DNA of 64,000 bases from contig OX597814.1 in NCBI GenBank assembly GCA_951406725.2, forward strand, positions 13,826,001 through 13,890,000, given 5' to 3'. Every line of letters begins with the position of its first letter. The first letter of the stretch is position 1. Positions 38,050 to 53,393 of this stretch are shown piece after piece. This DNA is from Octopus vulgaris. Taxonomy: Eukaryota. Position numbers and translations under genes: made by a program. The notes below the pieces were generated by a model. The model had not been told where the DNA came from and did not search any database. It worked only from the letters and a program-made list of their open reading frames with translations.

Positions 38050-38900
38050 AAGTATGTGTTTGGCAATGATAACTTTATCAATTTTGCCTATATCTGATTT
38101 AGAAATGTATCAGTCTAAGGGTTTAGTTGTAATAACCGCCTTGAAAACATATTTCATATACTTAGAGCTGAATATAGATTATTAAAATACGGAAATAAAG
38201 TAAAATGTTTACAATCATATAATATGATAATTATTACAAACAAACACAGTGCCGAATCTAATCTGAAGAACTGCAACTTCAAAGAAAAGACTTGCTGTCC
38301 GTTGGAAGGTAAATATCTTGAAAAAGGAATTGTTTATAAAGCTAAAGTGCAAAGAGATGGCTCACAATAATACAAAACATACACAAGGCCTTCGAAAAAT
38401 TCATTCAAGAATCGTTTCTCTTCCCATCGAAATCCTTTCCGATATCCCGAGAATAGGACAGTAACTAGTTTTGCAAAGCATGTCTGGGAATTGAAAGAGA
38501 ATGACAACCGTCCTCTCAATAAAACCTGCGAAATTCAAGAAAAAGCATCATCGTACAGACAAGGCGGTTATAAAAGACTCATGAAATTTTATCTTTGCCT
38601 CTCAGAAAAGTTCTTCATCCTTTTCCAGGATAAACATGCTTTGAACCAGAGATGCGCGCTCTTAAATTCCTGCAGACACGCTGCAAGGTTTAAAACGTCA
38701 ACCAATAAAATACCGTATGCGTAAAATGTTTTGACTTGTGGAAAATTTTCATTGTCACATTTGAATTTGACTTTACACGTTATAGTCGTTTTTACAATCA
38801 GTATTGGCCTGGGTCTAAAAATACCGGTTGCCAGGAGACTAAGTGCGCTAACCCGCAACTAAAATGCTATCATTTATTTATAATTATTCTTTCTTTTTGT
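38050..38900 (+). pseudogene. Decayed PLE GIY-YIG endonuclease region (same clade as 4.3-8.4 kb)
   Basis: Peptides CNFKEKTCCPLEGKYLEKGIVYKAKV, FKNRFSSH, TSFAKHVWELKE, LCLSEK and LNQRCALLNSCRH align by eye with the young PLE C-terminus. Confidence 0.75.
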
Positions 38901-39094
38901 TTGTTTGTTAAAATTATTCTTTTCAGTTGTCTACAAATACAGCCAGGCTGAAATAATGCATTCTTCCAGAAGTGAATAAAAGATTCTCAAACTTGAGGGC
39001 CCCTTAGATGCTAACATGGGTCTCTATATATGGATTCTAATGGCGCAGGGGTCCACTTGCCATCAGACAAGCTGGCAACCTGACCAGTCCACCA

Positions 39095-39330
39095 CTCTCT
39101 TTTACTCTTTTAATCTTTTACTTGTTTCAGTCATTTGACTGCGGCCATGCTGGAGCACGGCTTTTAATCGAGAAACATGACCCTGGGACTTATTCTTTTG
39201 TAAGCCCAGTACTTATGCTATCGGTCTCTTTTGCCGAACCGCTAAGTGACGGGGACATAAACACACCAGCATCGGTTGTCAAGCAATGCTAGGGGGACAA
39301 ACACAGACACAGAAACACACACACGCATAT

Positions 39331-39381
<51 letters not shown>

Positions 39382-39548
39382 TATATACGACGGGCTTCTT
39401 TTCAGTTTCCGTCTACCAAATCCACTCACAAGGCTTTCGTCGGCCCGAGGCCATAGTAGAAGACACTTGCCCAATGTGCCACGCAGTGGGACTGAACCTG
39501 GAACCATGTAATTGGTAAACAAGCTACTTACCACACAGCCACCCCTGA
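39095..39548 (-). mobile_element. Full-length tRNA-derived SINE family A with internal (TA)n
   Basis: Minus strand: GGGTGGCTGTGTGGTAAG (A box), GGTTCAGTCCC (B box), a CORE-like GGCACATTGGGCAAGTGTCTT, and a tail ending (AAAAGAGT)-like repeats. Confidence 0.85.
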
Positions 39549-40161
39549 TTACGATTCTAATACGTAGTTCGACTTTTTTAAGGAAGCCTTCGACAGTTTC
39601 ACAAATTTAAGCTTAAGTTTCGCCGAGGTTTCTTATGTTAATTTAAATTCTTGTGCTGTAGTCTTTATTTTAACATTTTAATATTATATATACCGGACAA
39701 ATTATTAAAATGTGTCCGTATATACGTTATGACATATGTATTTAACCTGATGTGAAGATATGTCTCTAAATATTTATGTGCATGTATGCATTGTAGATAT
39801 GTGTATGTATTCGTGTATAAATATGTATGCGTATATGTATATACATATATATGCACAAATACATATATATATATATATATATATATAAATGTTTATATTA
39901 TATAGAAGGCATTATTACACATAAATGCCACACGCTAGGAAGGGCTTTTAAAGTCATAACTACCAAAAATAAACCAATCGTACCGAATGCAATTCTCGAA
40001 GCGAGACATTTAAAAACAGAATTTAGCTCCAGTTAACCTGTGACTTCGCAATTAACGTGAAAAATTTTACAGATATTTTTCTCTTATGAGATTTTCACGC
40101 TAACTACCTGATAATTTCTTATTTAGATTTTATCCTATTTTTAAATTTATATATATAAATG

Positions 40162-40330
<169 letters not shown>

Positions 40331-41006
40331 TTATAAATATACATGTTTATATATATACATATATATGTGTACATATATATATATGTGGGGGCATGTATTT
40401 CCATGTATGTTTATATTTATGTAGCTATATATTCAATTTTATGTGTGCGTTGTTAAGCGTAAGTTTCGCAAGCTGAACGAAGTATCTAACTTTCGTTAGA
40501 TGCTGTTGGAATATCAGTCATTTCATTCTCTATACCTCAATCTCATTTTCCCTTTCTCTAGGTTTCTGTTTCTTTTTCTTATATTACTTCTTCCTATTTT
40601 TCCCTCATCTTTCTCCCCATCCCACTTTTTTCTCTAATTTTTTTCCATTTCTTTCTTTCGCCTGTAACCACTAATTTGTATAAGCATTCACCAGGAGATT
40701 TTGGGCGCGCGCGTGGATGTGCGTCCGTGTGTGTGTGTGTTAGTGCATACATATATTTGCATTTGTATATATATGTTTTGCTTATATATGCCCTGTATAT
40801 GTATGTAGCCATGTACCTACGTCTGTATGTTTAGTGTATAACGTATATTATTTGACTGTTTGATATATGTATGTATTGGCAAATGTATATGTAATTTAGC
40901 GTGAAAAGTTTTTTAACGCATATATCTTTTAATTGAATGTTTTTACAGTATATATATATATACATGCATACATAAACACACACACACATATATATATATA
41001 CATACA

Positions 41007-41088
<82 letters not shown>

Positions 41089-41089
<1 letters not shown>

Positions 41090-41277
41090 TATCAAGATGG
41101 GAAAAAATATTCCCTTTTCCAATATGCTGAAAAATAGATTTTAGTCGTCTAATCACGTACAATATTTTTCACTATGAATACACACCGTGTATTATGGTGG
41201 AAAATATTGTATGTGGTGAGACGATCTAAAGTCTAATTTTCAGCATATTTATAAGGAATGTTTTTCACCTTAAAATG
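41089..41277. mobile_element. Palindromic MITE with TA flanks
   Basis: AATATGCTGAAAATAGATTTTAGTCGTCT..TACAATATTTTTCACTAT mirrors ATGGTGGAAAATATTGTA..AGACGATCTAAAGTCTAATTTTCAGCATATT. The whole element folds back, with TA at both ends. Confidence 0.7.
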
Positions 41278-41368
41278 TATTTGATATGCTGGCCACTGAT
41301 AAAATACTGTTGAAAAATGTTATTCGTATATTAGAAGTATATATAATATATGTATGTGTATATATGTA

Positions 41369-41459
<91 letters not shown>

Positions 41460-42324
41460 ATGTATTAAATTATGTATGAATGTAAGCATGTATATGTCTA
41501 AAACGTAAAAACAGTCCAATTGTCAAAGTCTTTTGGGATTCGGGTATTGCAATTTTTGGTTCTGTTGTAAAGATCATATAGTTTTGAGGTTGTCGTTCAC
41601 TATGTTATTTCATGCATTCCAGTCAAGTATTTTTCAACAATAATTACTAGTTAACTAATATATTGTGACTGAAAATTACTACATAATAACTACATGCATT
41701 TGACTGCATATGTGCGTGTTTGCGCAATCAGTGAATCAAGCAGCGTTTAAATTCAGCTCCTCATTCGGAATCACTTATCAGCTCAAGCAGTCATCAATTA
41801 ATGAGTTGTGTTTTAACGTATCGCAATATGTACGTGTAAACTGAACAACATATTTTCCCGTGTGCAATAAATAAAGACGTAATCTATACCTTCTCCTTTT
41901 ATATACGTTGTAACCTTACGTGTAATGCATGTGCATACATTTTTGTCCGTTTATATTCGTAGTCTGTAATTAGGTGTTCACTTAATTAGTCGTGGATTAA
42001 CCAACGAGAGATATTAAATTATGTACTGGAGTTCATGCGATGATTAACAAAATTTGGAGGTAATATCGAAGTATATCTATAATCTGTACGATAAATAATG
42101 AAATATATGGAATTATAAATGTAGTTAAGTTACTATCTGCAGGGAAAGTCATTTCATTAACACTTCTTGTGACTTATCGTAAATATTTGATACTCATTTC
42201 CATTCGTATTACTTCACATTATCCGCTGTCTTCCTAAAATCAAATTCGTATTAAGGGAACTTGTTTCACCATTCTTCGGTAAAATAGCTAATATAGTTAT
42301 TTTTATCATTTTACATTATATAGA

Positions 42325-42800
42325 AAGTGAACTGGCAATATCGCTAGGACGCCGGACTAAATGGTTCGCGGCATTTCTTCAGGTTTCATTTACGAGTTTA
42401 GATGCTACCGAGGCTGACTTAACCTTTCCTCGTGTCAGCCTCGATGAAATAAATATTCTTCTTCTACTCTAGGCACAAGGCCTGAAAATGTCGTGGGGGG
42501 CAACTGGAACTTAATTTATCGACCCCCAAAAGGATGAAAGATGAAGTCGACCTCGGCGGAATTTGAACTCAGAACGAAGCGGCAGACAAAATACCTATTT
42601 CTTTACTACCCGCAAGGGGCTAAACACAGAGAGGAGAGACAAGGACAGTCAAACGGATTAAGTCGATTATATCGACCCCAGTGCGTAACTGGTATTTATT
42701 TAATTGACCCCCGAAAGGATGAAAGTCAAAGTCGACCTCGGCACAATTTGAACTCAGAACGTAGCGGCAGAGGAAATACCGCTAAGCATTTCGCCCTTTT
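42325..42800. mobile_element. Cluster of SINE family B copies (one plus, two minus)
   Basis: AAAGTCGACCTCGGC..AATTTGAACTCAGAACG occurs twice (about 42545 and 42730). A degenerate plus-strand head lies at 42325-42455. Confidence 0.75.
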
Positions 42801-45467
42801 CAACAATAAAATAAATTTTACAAGGCTGATGGGTCGATGTAATTACTGGTCTTGTGCATATATTGGAAAGGATTATTTTTACTGGATTCAATTGCATAAC
42901 TTATCAACATAGAGAAGCCAGACCATTATGTACTCATTTGATTTGATTTGGTGAACTACGAAGATTTCATTTGCAACTGTGTAATATTAAAGTCCAGCAT
43001 GCTGTCCAGTGCGATGAAATTTAGCATAATCAAATTTTGAATAATAAATGACATAGCGCAGCCAGCACAAAGGAGAGTGATTTTTGAAACTATTATATTA
43101 ACTACAAGTTAGCCGTAGATGTCACAAAAGCATTTCTTGTTGTTTCATAAACCAAATTATATCTTCTCGACACATTCTTTGAGTATGTTTTAGAAGGTGG
43201 TATTTTAAAAAACTTTATGAGTGATAAATGGTTTTAGGGTCAGTAATCTCTTTCATCCACAGGAATTTTGAGACAAAATGGAAAGTACTTTAGAATATGA
43301 ATGTATAATGGTATGCCCATTCAAGTGAGACAATAAATTTATTAGGAATATTAGTGAAGTATAGAATAACGTCTTATACACGTAAAAGTCGATGGACAAT
43401 ATAATAAGACCACAGGAATTCGACCAACCAGGCTGAAGAATCGTGAGAAAGGCCTATAGGATCAGCATAGATAACAAATCTCCCTCATAAGTGTAATAAC
43501 AAATTTACCATTACAATTAACCTGGTTCCATGCATTTTAACCAATTTCTCAAATCACATAGTCGCACTTAATTTTGAGCTCCGATTCAAGATAGAAGGAC
43601 CACTCTAAAAAATCTGACTTTCAATAATTACTCAATTACACCAGACCACATTTTTATTTGTAAAACACCTTTTGCATTGCATCACTTCAACCATCTTGAA
43701 CTTTAATATTCACACGTAAGCGTGCACTACAGAACAAGTAACCTATTTCTTCCTACGTTTCTATTGGAATTCCTTCAAATCCAAAGGTTTTTCGTCCCAC
43801 TTACGCGTGCGAAATATTTTAAAATTTATTCAACTATCCAATCAATGCATCCTAATATTTTTGCCACCGTAGTAGGATTCCTTTCCAATTATTAATAATT
43901 GTTGCTCTACATTAAGTTGAAACAGAAGCACAGTGTAATGAATGTGGATATTAAATCTCATTACTGTTAAGGAGACCAAGGACCCTTATTATTCAGCTTG
44001 GCATAAGCTTCGGTATATATTAACAATACATATATTTACGTTCCTGATTTTGTTCAGGATATTTTACTCATCATATCATTCTCTGTTTCACTTGCTCTAG
44101 ATGTCGACAATAAAGATTAATTATTATACTAGACAGAATTGTTTACACTGATTGCTGGTCAATCCAATACTTATTTTGGAATGCGTTAACCACAATGAAA
44201 CTAAAGCACTAACACTCATCTCATTTCTTTTAATAATTTGTTCATAATTGAAATCTTTCTCTAAGTTTTAGCTAATGAAATTTTCGCTTAAATTTTACAT
44301 ATCAAGCGTTTATAAGCATTGGATATTATTTCATAATTTTCGCACTTCATTAAAACTTCTGCTTCTTTCTTATAATACTATTATCTGTGTTAACAACTGG
44401 CCTTCTCATATCCGAACACATCGCATTACATTCAGCTGTTTCTTTATATCTAGATATGTGCTATTTCTCTGGTGTATGTGAGTGCATAGTTGTTCATTTC
44501 TGCAGCTGTTTATATTCTGAATCTGCGAACGAATATTACAACTCAGTTCTCAGTAAATTTGTTTCTAATGTATAAATTCGATTGATTAATTCATACATTT
44601 TCAGGAATATCTAAGATGAATATGCCAACGATTATTATTTCCCTTTCTATAAATATTAAATAAATGCAATGTGTTGTAAAATTATTATAAATATAGCCAA
44701 AGCATAACATTTTCAAATGATGAAGAACATAGAATGATGAAGAACATAATGTACGGAGAGAAGAGAGAAAAATATAGGTAAATTAAAATTTGATCTACTT
44801 ATTCACATTAGGTTACCATATTGCTAGGCCGTTCCGTAAAATCAAAAATAGAACAGCAGGATGCTTGTTGCTTTTTTTTTAAATGAAACTTAGATGCTGA
44901 AAAAAGAAATGCATTAAGTTACAGGCAAAAAGACACAGTTATTTCAAGAATGTTGCCCCCAAACAATTCCTGACATAAAATATAATTGGCAAATAACAAA
45001 TTGTTAAAGAAACTTTCCGTGTGACAGAAAATACGTCTATACTTAGTTCAATATCATTAAAATGAGAAATATATTCGGTAAACACTAGATAAATGCAACT
45101 AATAACTGGAGGGGAAATATGGCATATATACTGAAATGTGATGAAGGAGAAAAAGAAATTTCGGCATGCACTTTTCTCCGGCTGCAAATAATGTAATGTG
45201 CATTATTTGTAGTGTTTATACATGAATTCAGCAATAACAGAGCCAAGCAATGTTTAGGCATAAGAGAACTTTAGACTAGTTAAAATATGTTTGTGACATA
45301 TTTCAACTTCTAAAGGGAAATTCACTACAGCTACTGAGGAGAAAATTTTTCTCACATATTAAAAGGTGTATAAAATCAACATATATACCGAGTTTTGCTC
45401 TCTATTGGAATAGCAAACACACCATTTCTGGCTTTTGAAACATCCTCAATCGGAAATATATACATAC

Positions 45468-45501
<34 letters not shown>

Positions 45502-45619
45502 GTGAGTATGTATGTATGTATTAAAGAAAATAGATACAATTGGCATATAAATAGTTATTTACATTATAATAAAATATATAAAAAGATATATCTTTTACTG
45601 CAGTAAATCAATTATTTCC

Positions 45620-45832
45620 CTCGTGTTTCAGCTGAGAGTTGCGGCCATGATGATGCACCACCATATTGCTACATTTCTTCCTAAACAGCAGGGGTCGCCA
45701 CCATCCCCTCCTAGAGCCTTGTGGGGTTTTAGATATTTTTGCTCAATAAACACTCACAACGCCCGGTCTGGGAATCGAAACCGAGAACCTCCGACCGCGA
45801 GTCCGCTGCCCTAATGACTGGGCCATTGCGCC
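45620..45832 (-). mobile_element. 5' part of SINE family D
   Basis: Minus strand GGCGCAATGGCCCAGTCATTAGGGCAGCGGACTCGCGGTC..GGTTTCGATTCCCAGACCGGGCG matches 46691-46820. Confidence 0.8.
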
Positions 45833-46690
45833 CAGTCGTTAAACAATTGTATAAAGCTACGATTATTGTAAAGTATACTATTTCTTAGATAAAAAAAAAC
45901 CAATGAAACATACTACTCATCAGATGTGTACAAGAGTTAATAAGACGAGCCTAACATCATCACGCACAATTCCCTCTGCTTTATATTTACCAATCCTTTT
46001 TTTTCTCTCTCTCTCTCTCCCTCTCTCCATCACCTGTTCTTTCCTATCAAATACATACAGAACTGCGCACATGCTCGAATGAATCTTTTGATAGGTGAAA
46101 ATTGATGAACACCCTTCCGTTATACCTTCGTAGCTTGCAACTTTAATGCCATTTCGCCTAATCAACAAAGATCCACTTGATGTCCCTAGATAGTACGGAT
46201 TGCACTGCAATCATCGTAAGAATACGGACTATGATGGTAAGAAACATGTGATGCGTGAAAACACACGAAGCGATGCATTGAAATATCTGTAAATTCTCTC
46301 GGTGGATTATTATTATTAAAATTATTACTATATTACCCTACATTATATCGGCGGAACGCAGTACAACCCCAGGAAACTACTATTGCAAGTTGATACCATA
46401 AGACGCAGCCGATATAATAATATAGGATCTATTATATGCATACGCAAAAGCGTTTCCCGTAAACAAACTTAAACGGTACACATGGACACGCACACACATA
46501 CACATACACGCCACACGCACATACACATACACACACAAACACACACGCACACATACACGCACACACACACACGCACACACACGCACATACACACATAGTG
46601 GCGGATTGGCTGCTTGCCTGCTTGCCCGATGGCAAATGGGCCCCCTACGCCATTAGAATCCATATAGAGAGTCTCATGTTAATATCTAAT

Positions 46691-47078
46691 GGAGGCGCAA
46701 TGGCGCAGTGGTTAGGGCAGCGGACTCGCGGTCATAGTATCGCGGTTTCGATTCCCAGACCGGGCGTTGTGAGTGTTTATTGAGCGAAAACACCTAAAGC
46801 TCCACGAGGCTCCGGCAGGGGATGGTGGTGATCCCTGCTGTACTCTTTCACCACAACTTTCTCTCACTCTTACTTCCTGTTTCTCTTGTACCTGTATTTC
46901 AAGGGGCCGGCCTTGTCACTCTCTGTGTCACGCTGAATATCCCCGAGAACTACGTTAAGGGTACACGTGTCTGTGGAGTGCTCAGCCACTTACACGTTAA
47001 TTTCACGAGCAGGCTGTTCCGTTGATTCGGATCAACCGGAACCCTCATCGTCGTAACCGACGGAGTGCTTCCATTCCC
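46691..47078 (+). mobile_element. Full-length tRNA-derived SINE family D with TSD
   Basis: A box TGGCGCAGTGG and B box GTTTCGATTCC. Perfect 10-bp TSD AATATCTAAT (46681-46690, 47079-47088). Confidence 0.92.
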
Positions 47079-50000
47079 AATATCTAATATAGTAGTTTGA
47101 GAATTTTTTATTCACTCCTGGAAGAATGCGTTATTTCAGCCTGGCAGTGTATGTATACATTTGAAAGGAATATTTTTAACAAAAGAAAAATATATTGCAT
47201 AATAGCATTGCAGTTGCGGATGGTCCCTCGTTAGTCTCCTGGCGACCAATATTGTTAGATCCCGTCCGCCACTGTACATGCATGCTCATGTACAGACAGA
47301 CATATACGCACACATACACATACATTTTCATACGTGCATATTTGTATATATCCAGATATATATGTAAAAATCGTTCTGCATTTTCAGAATTCCTCACATC
47401 TATTCGAAAACATTCCGACACATAATTTTTCTCAATCTGTTATAATCTCAAGGAAAATTTGCAATAAACTGTAAATATGATATCAGAATAAAAAAACTTC
47501 TATTCGTAAAATCCCACTACTTGGTCTGACAATTCATTTCTCGATCCATAAATGAGGGCAATTTATGATACAACGTGATTTGATTATAAATCGCAGAGAT
47601 CTTTGACGCTTGGAATCACTGTTCTGCCGTCTCCACTTCATTAATTTGAGATTAATATCACACATAGGTTTCCGTGATATTATAACAGACTAGCAAAAAT
47701 ATTATGTCGCAATGTTACGGAATATGTCTAATCATTCTGATAATGCAGCACGGCCTTTACATATTAGTTTCGATGTTTGCGTTCACTAAGTTTTATTCAT
47801 GCTGTATTTTCAAATATATTTTGAACAAACATGTACATATACATACACACACACACACGGACACATACACGCACGCATACGCACAAACATACACACAAAC
47901 ACACATACACACAGACATATATATCTATATATCATATTTGTCGGCTTGATATTGATATTTAGACGCAGTTGAACTGTGATCGAGCAGAAGCAGACCTTCT
48001 CATCCTGCAGTAGTTATGTCGACCGAATCTGAATAGATTAACTCCATTCCACATTCTGTATTATTAAACGAAATATGAAAGCTATTAATCCCATCCTTTC
48101 TACGTTCTGTAGTCAATAGTGCTATTTACAATATATCTGTGGAGAGTTTTAGTTATTGACTATTTCGCATTACTGTATAGAATAAATATATAACATTTTC
48201 ACTGTTATGGTTTTGTTTTCCCTATGCATCAGCTAAACTTCCACTTATTCACCGATACTTAACTACACAATGAAATTGAGTTTCTGAATACTTTAGCATA
48301 TATCTCTATGAAATATATCTGTACAATATTTCAACAATCACTGGAATCTGACAAAATATATTTTTCATTATATATATTTCTGGATCGAAGCTGTGTATGA
48401 TCCGCATCGCCGACTCGAGCCATTTCGAAAGAAGCACCTCTAACTATAAATACCGTCGCTGACGTAAATTTATTTGATACGTGTTTTTTTACATATAACG
48501 GCAGATAATTTGTGCAGGTATTTAATAGTTAAAAGCCAAAACAATATTACGGAGGTGAGGATTTTGTGCAGTTGATTTCTGTATTCTTGCTAAACTACTA
48601 AACTTTTCCAAGACATAGCTCGAAAAGAGAAGAAACTTAGTAGTTAAACCTTGTTTGACTTATCTATGGAAAATGATCATCATACGCTCAAAACATTTCC
48701 CAGTAAGTTTACTAAAAGACAATGGTTTCAAATGGCACCAGAAATTAGTTCAGTTTCAGGAACTCATGTATTTCTCTTACCATTCTCATCATATAATCAT
48801 AAGGCAGTGACTATGTCTTATTGCAAACTGATGAGGACTGTTGGAAGAATGGAGGAACAGCTGACCAAAACGGCACCCCGAATCTAACATTTACGACATA
48901 TTGAACTCCGGTAAAACATCTAGTTTTCTTCGTGCTCTTATAAAATTGTGTGATATGTGAAATCTGCAATTTACGTAGGCAAATGCTTGATTTGGAATGA
49001 GATGGTAAAGAGCACGAATCAGTAGAGCAATGGCTGTCGTTCGACGTTCTAACAGTTCTGGCTTGGATTTGTACTTCATACTGGATTGGGCAACACCGCG
49101 AATTATTTAGTTTGATGTCCCAATGACTACTAATTGGCGAGTTTTAACAATATTTTCCTCATTATCAGTTACTTAGTAACATATGTAACTGCACGCTGCT
49201 TTCTTGGGATTTTGGGAAAAATTACTTATCAAATTCAGAACAAAATCTAGAAGCATGGCAAATCCATCAGCAAGGCTTGCTCGTGATGCGACTAAAGTGA
49301 CGACCTACATGCATGAATTTGTGCAATGCTTGTGCATTATTTGTTTGTGGGTTATTGTCGAACAGCTGCAATGGGATTTCGGATTCGACAATTGACCGAC
49401 CCCATTGTGAACATCATTGTGAAGTTTTTATGATGTGGGATTAGAATGATTTTATGTGTGCCGGAATGCTATCGATTTACATAAGTTATATATTGTGTGT
49501 GATGTTCGTAGGTTGACGAAAGTGATCCATAAATATTTTACTGCTAATGATTACGAACGCGAGGTTTATGATTTCTTTCTCGTTATATTTTATTTTTCGT
49601 GGTCGTGTGTGGTCTGGCTGTTCAGATGTGTGTCATCACGTTTGTGCTTCTGCTGGTGATAATGGTGCCTATCATAGTAGTATAGTAGTGGTGTTGCTGA
49701 TGTTAATCATGTAGCAACTGGAGGAAATATTGGTGTAATTTAGCACCAAATCAAAATTTGTTCATATTTCCGATTGCTTTATTTTTGTTGACGTTTTTCT
49801 TCCTTATCCTTTTCTTTCCATTCGTATTTCCTCACTGTCACCGTCGCACGACATTTGTGTGTGATGGGAGTCGCCACTGGGGAACGCGTTTTTTGCTTGT
49901 TTTCTTCTGTTGATATACATATTTTGTTTGGAAGATTTTTGCTGATGCAGTCTTTTTTGCAATGTCCCTCGAAAGCAGTGATATTTTTCCGTTAATGATC

Positions 50001-50614
50001 TTGTCTTGCGGCTGAATTTAAGGCCGTTACTTTTCTTACAATAACTGGTATTGATGCTGTTATTCCTGTTGATAATGTTACTATTGTTATTGTTGCTGTG
50101 GCCGTTGTCTTTTTTCATCTGTCGAATGCGAAAGTGTAATTATTTGAAATTTGAAATGTTTAACTTTCCCGGTTTTCATGTGCATAATGCCATGCTTTCT
50201 ACTACTGCTGTAGCTTCATTTATTGTGTTTATAAATTTTGCTGTTGTACATATTGCTACAACTGTAGCAACAGTTTAAATATTTGGAGTTTAAAATATTT
50301 CACGGTTGAAAATTGTTCTCCGCCAAGTGTACGTGCAGATACTGTATTTGCAAGTCAGATCTTAACCATCCCTTGTAAAAACAAAAACAAAAAAATCAAA
50401 TTATCTAATAATTGTAAGTCCGAAAGCGGAGAGCATCCAACATTCACATCGGTCATATATGTTCTAGGTGGCCTCACCAAATACCAAATTAAGATATTTA
50501 AACTTCTCAATGGAAGATCCGACAAACAAATGCACGAGTGGCTTCAAGTGGTATGTTGTAGACACGAAAACAACAAAATCATCGGCAACAAAACAAAATA
50601 AAATAAAATAATAA

Positions 50615-50815
50615 TGATTTTAAATTTTGGTGCAAGACCAGCAAGTTCGTGGGAGTGGGTAAGTCGATTATATACCTGTACTGGTACTTACCTCATCGAT
50701 CACGAAACGACGAAAGGCTAAGTCGACCTCGGCGGAATTTGAATCCATAACGTAAATATCGACGAAATTCCGCGAAGCATTTTGCCCAGCGTGCAAACGA
50801 TTGTGCAGCTTTGCC
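50615..50815 (-). mobile_element. Decayed SINE family B copy
   Basis: AAGTCGACCTCGGCGGAATTTGAA..AAGCATTTTGCCCAGCGTGCAAACGATT. Confidence 0.7.
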
Positions 50816-50818
50816 CAC

Positions 50819-50884
<66 letters not shown>

Positions 50885-51102
50885 TGAGAAGAGCATTGTC
50901 GATGTGAGAACTGTTGCTGCTCATGTATTTTAATTTAACTTAAAAAAAAAAAAAAATGGACGAACTACTGAGTTTTGGTTTAATGGCCTACCAATGTATA
51001 CTATGAGTTTCTTTGCCCTAGGAGTCGGGAAGACACTCGGCAAGAAATGGAAGCAAATTTGAAAGAAGAAAAAAAAAGTAATAATAATAATAATAATAAT
51101 AA

Positions 51103-51133
<31 letters not shown>

Positions 51134-52563
51134 AAGAAGAAGAAGAAGAAGAAGAAGAAGAAGAAGAAGAAGAAGATGAAGAAGAATGATGATGATAATA
51201 ATAATCTTATATTATAATAAGAGCCGCGCCCGTCCGTCTGTCTGAAGCCACCAGTAATTAGATTGGAGACAAGTAGAGCTAGAGAGAGAGAGGGAGAGAG
51301 AGGGGTAGGTAGAGAAGTAGAGTTGAGAGAGAGGGGGAGAGAAAGAAACGCACAAGGTGGGAGAACATATGCGTATGTAAAAAGAATGTCTGTCCGAACC
51401 CATCGATAATTAGACAGATTCGAGATTCAAAATGTGGGGTATGGTAATATTTTTGTGAGGCACCTTTTGTACACTAAGTTCAGTATACCAATAGAGAAAG
51501 GGGGCAATTCGAGAAAGAGTTATTAAAAAGAAATTACATCCATTCTGTGGACAATTTTATCAAATTTTAAACACTTTAGAGACAACAGATCGTTTTCATC
51601 ATATTCACAAGATCTGATGTCACTAAAGAAGGAATAGATTATTTCTTTCAATTTAGTGGTATGTGAAAACAGGTATGTATTTACAAACGCGAGCGTTCAC
51701 GCGCGTGTGTGTATGTGTTTGTGTGTGCGTGCGTGCATGCGTGTATGTAGTATAGAACTGCTCAGTACTGAAAGCAATGCCATCTTAATTCCCCATGGAG
51801 AAATAAACTGGAGACAGACGTATGTGTGCGGTTGTGTCTAAAAGTAGTGACTCTTTTATCTCTGGTGACAAAAATCTAGGTACACAAGAAAAATGTGCAG
51901 CTGAAGAGTATGGAAATAAGTGGTGTTGGGTTAGGGTTTCAAGAATTGAATGTTGTGAAATGGGTTGGAGTCAGTGAAGGAAGTGAAAAAGAGAAAGAGA
52001 CGGCAGACAGATATATAGATAGATAAATAGACAGATAGAGAGAGAGAGAGATTTATAGTGCAGGTAACGCACAGATACACACATGTATATATATGAACAG
52101 AGGTTAAAATTAACAGGTCATTTTATTCACACTAGTCAGCTTGTGAATACAGCAAAAAATGTAAGATAAGACTTCCATCAGTGATACAAAAGCTTTTCCA
52201 TCTGAGAAGATTCACAGAATATTTTTTTGTTTCTGTTTGAGCATATTTTCCGAAAGTTTATACTGAAATCTTTTTGAAGAAATTGTTGAAAAAATTTGTT
52301 TGAACTGAAATGTTTTCGTTCTTGATTCAAGCAAATGATATTACTGATTTTGTAAAGTATTTGCATAAATAAGAATATGTAAACATATTATCAGATTATA
52401 TCTTTTGTGTGTTTCTAAAAACAATACTTGAATTAAATTGAAATGTTATTCTAAACATAGCATTGTTTTTTTCCTTATTGACGGACCATGTACTAGTAGT
52501 AGTAGTAGTAGAAGTAGTAGTAGTAGTAGTAGTAATAATAACAACAACAAAAATAATAATAAT

Positions 52564-52623
<60 letters not shown>

Positions 52624-52834
52624 CATACCTATGAAAAATATAAAAAATATAAATTGTGTGCTGGTATGTTTCTATATTGTGACACAATATAGAAAGAAAT
52701 ATAAAACTGATAACTTTATAATCCAACCAAAATATCTCAATTACTCTAATGTAAACAGAATTACTATTCAACATGAAAATACAGCGTACATATTCAAAGA
52801 AACTTTTTGGTTTAGGGGTACGGACCGTTCTTCT

Positions 52835-53319
52835 TGTATTCTTTTACTTGTTTCAATCATTTTTCTTTCGCCATGTTGGAGTACCGCCCTTCATTCGAAG
52901 AAATCGACCCCTGTACTTATTTTCTGTAAGCCTGGTGCTTATCCTATCAGTCTCTTCGGTCGAAAAGCTAAGTTACGAGGACGTAAACATCGGTTGTCAA
53001 GCGACGGTGCTATGGGTAAAAATACAGACACAAACACACATGCACACACAGACACCCACATATATATATGGGGAGAGTTTACGAAGAAAACAAAGGACGA
53101 AGACAGGTGGTGTACAAAACAAACAGATGTAATTAGTATAATGCTCAGGAATAGAAAAAGTCTTTTACGTTTCGAGCCTTCGCTCTTCTACGGAAAGGGA
53201 CACAGAAAAAATAAGGACAGAAACAAGGAGAGAAAAAAATGTATGTAGTAGCGAAAGATCTATCATGGCGGCTGATAGATACATATGCATATATAGATAG
53301 ATATTTATGCATATACATG

Positions 53320-53393
<74 letters not shown>

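Noticed and set aside
43430-43460. CTGAAGA...GAAAGGCCTA minimal hammerhead candidate
   Set aside because: Stem II is only 2 bp and stem I is unpaired.
43500-43900. Possible minus-strand PLE endonuclease fossil (CNAKGV..)
   Set aside because: Too few residues to support without a search.
46691-46765. tRNA gene
   Set aside because: The tRNA-like head continues into a SINE body with a TSD. The same applies at 15810-15881 and 39480-39548.
51205-51600. Helitron-like 5' end A|TCTTATATTATAATAAGAG
   Set aside because: No matching 3' hairpin plus CTAG found.
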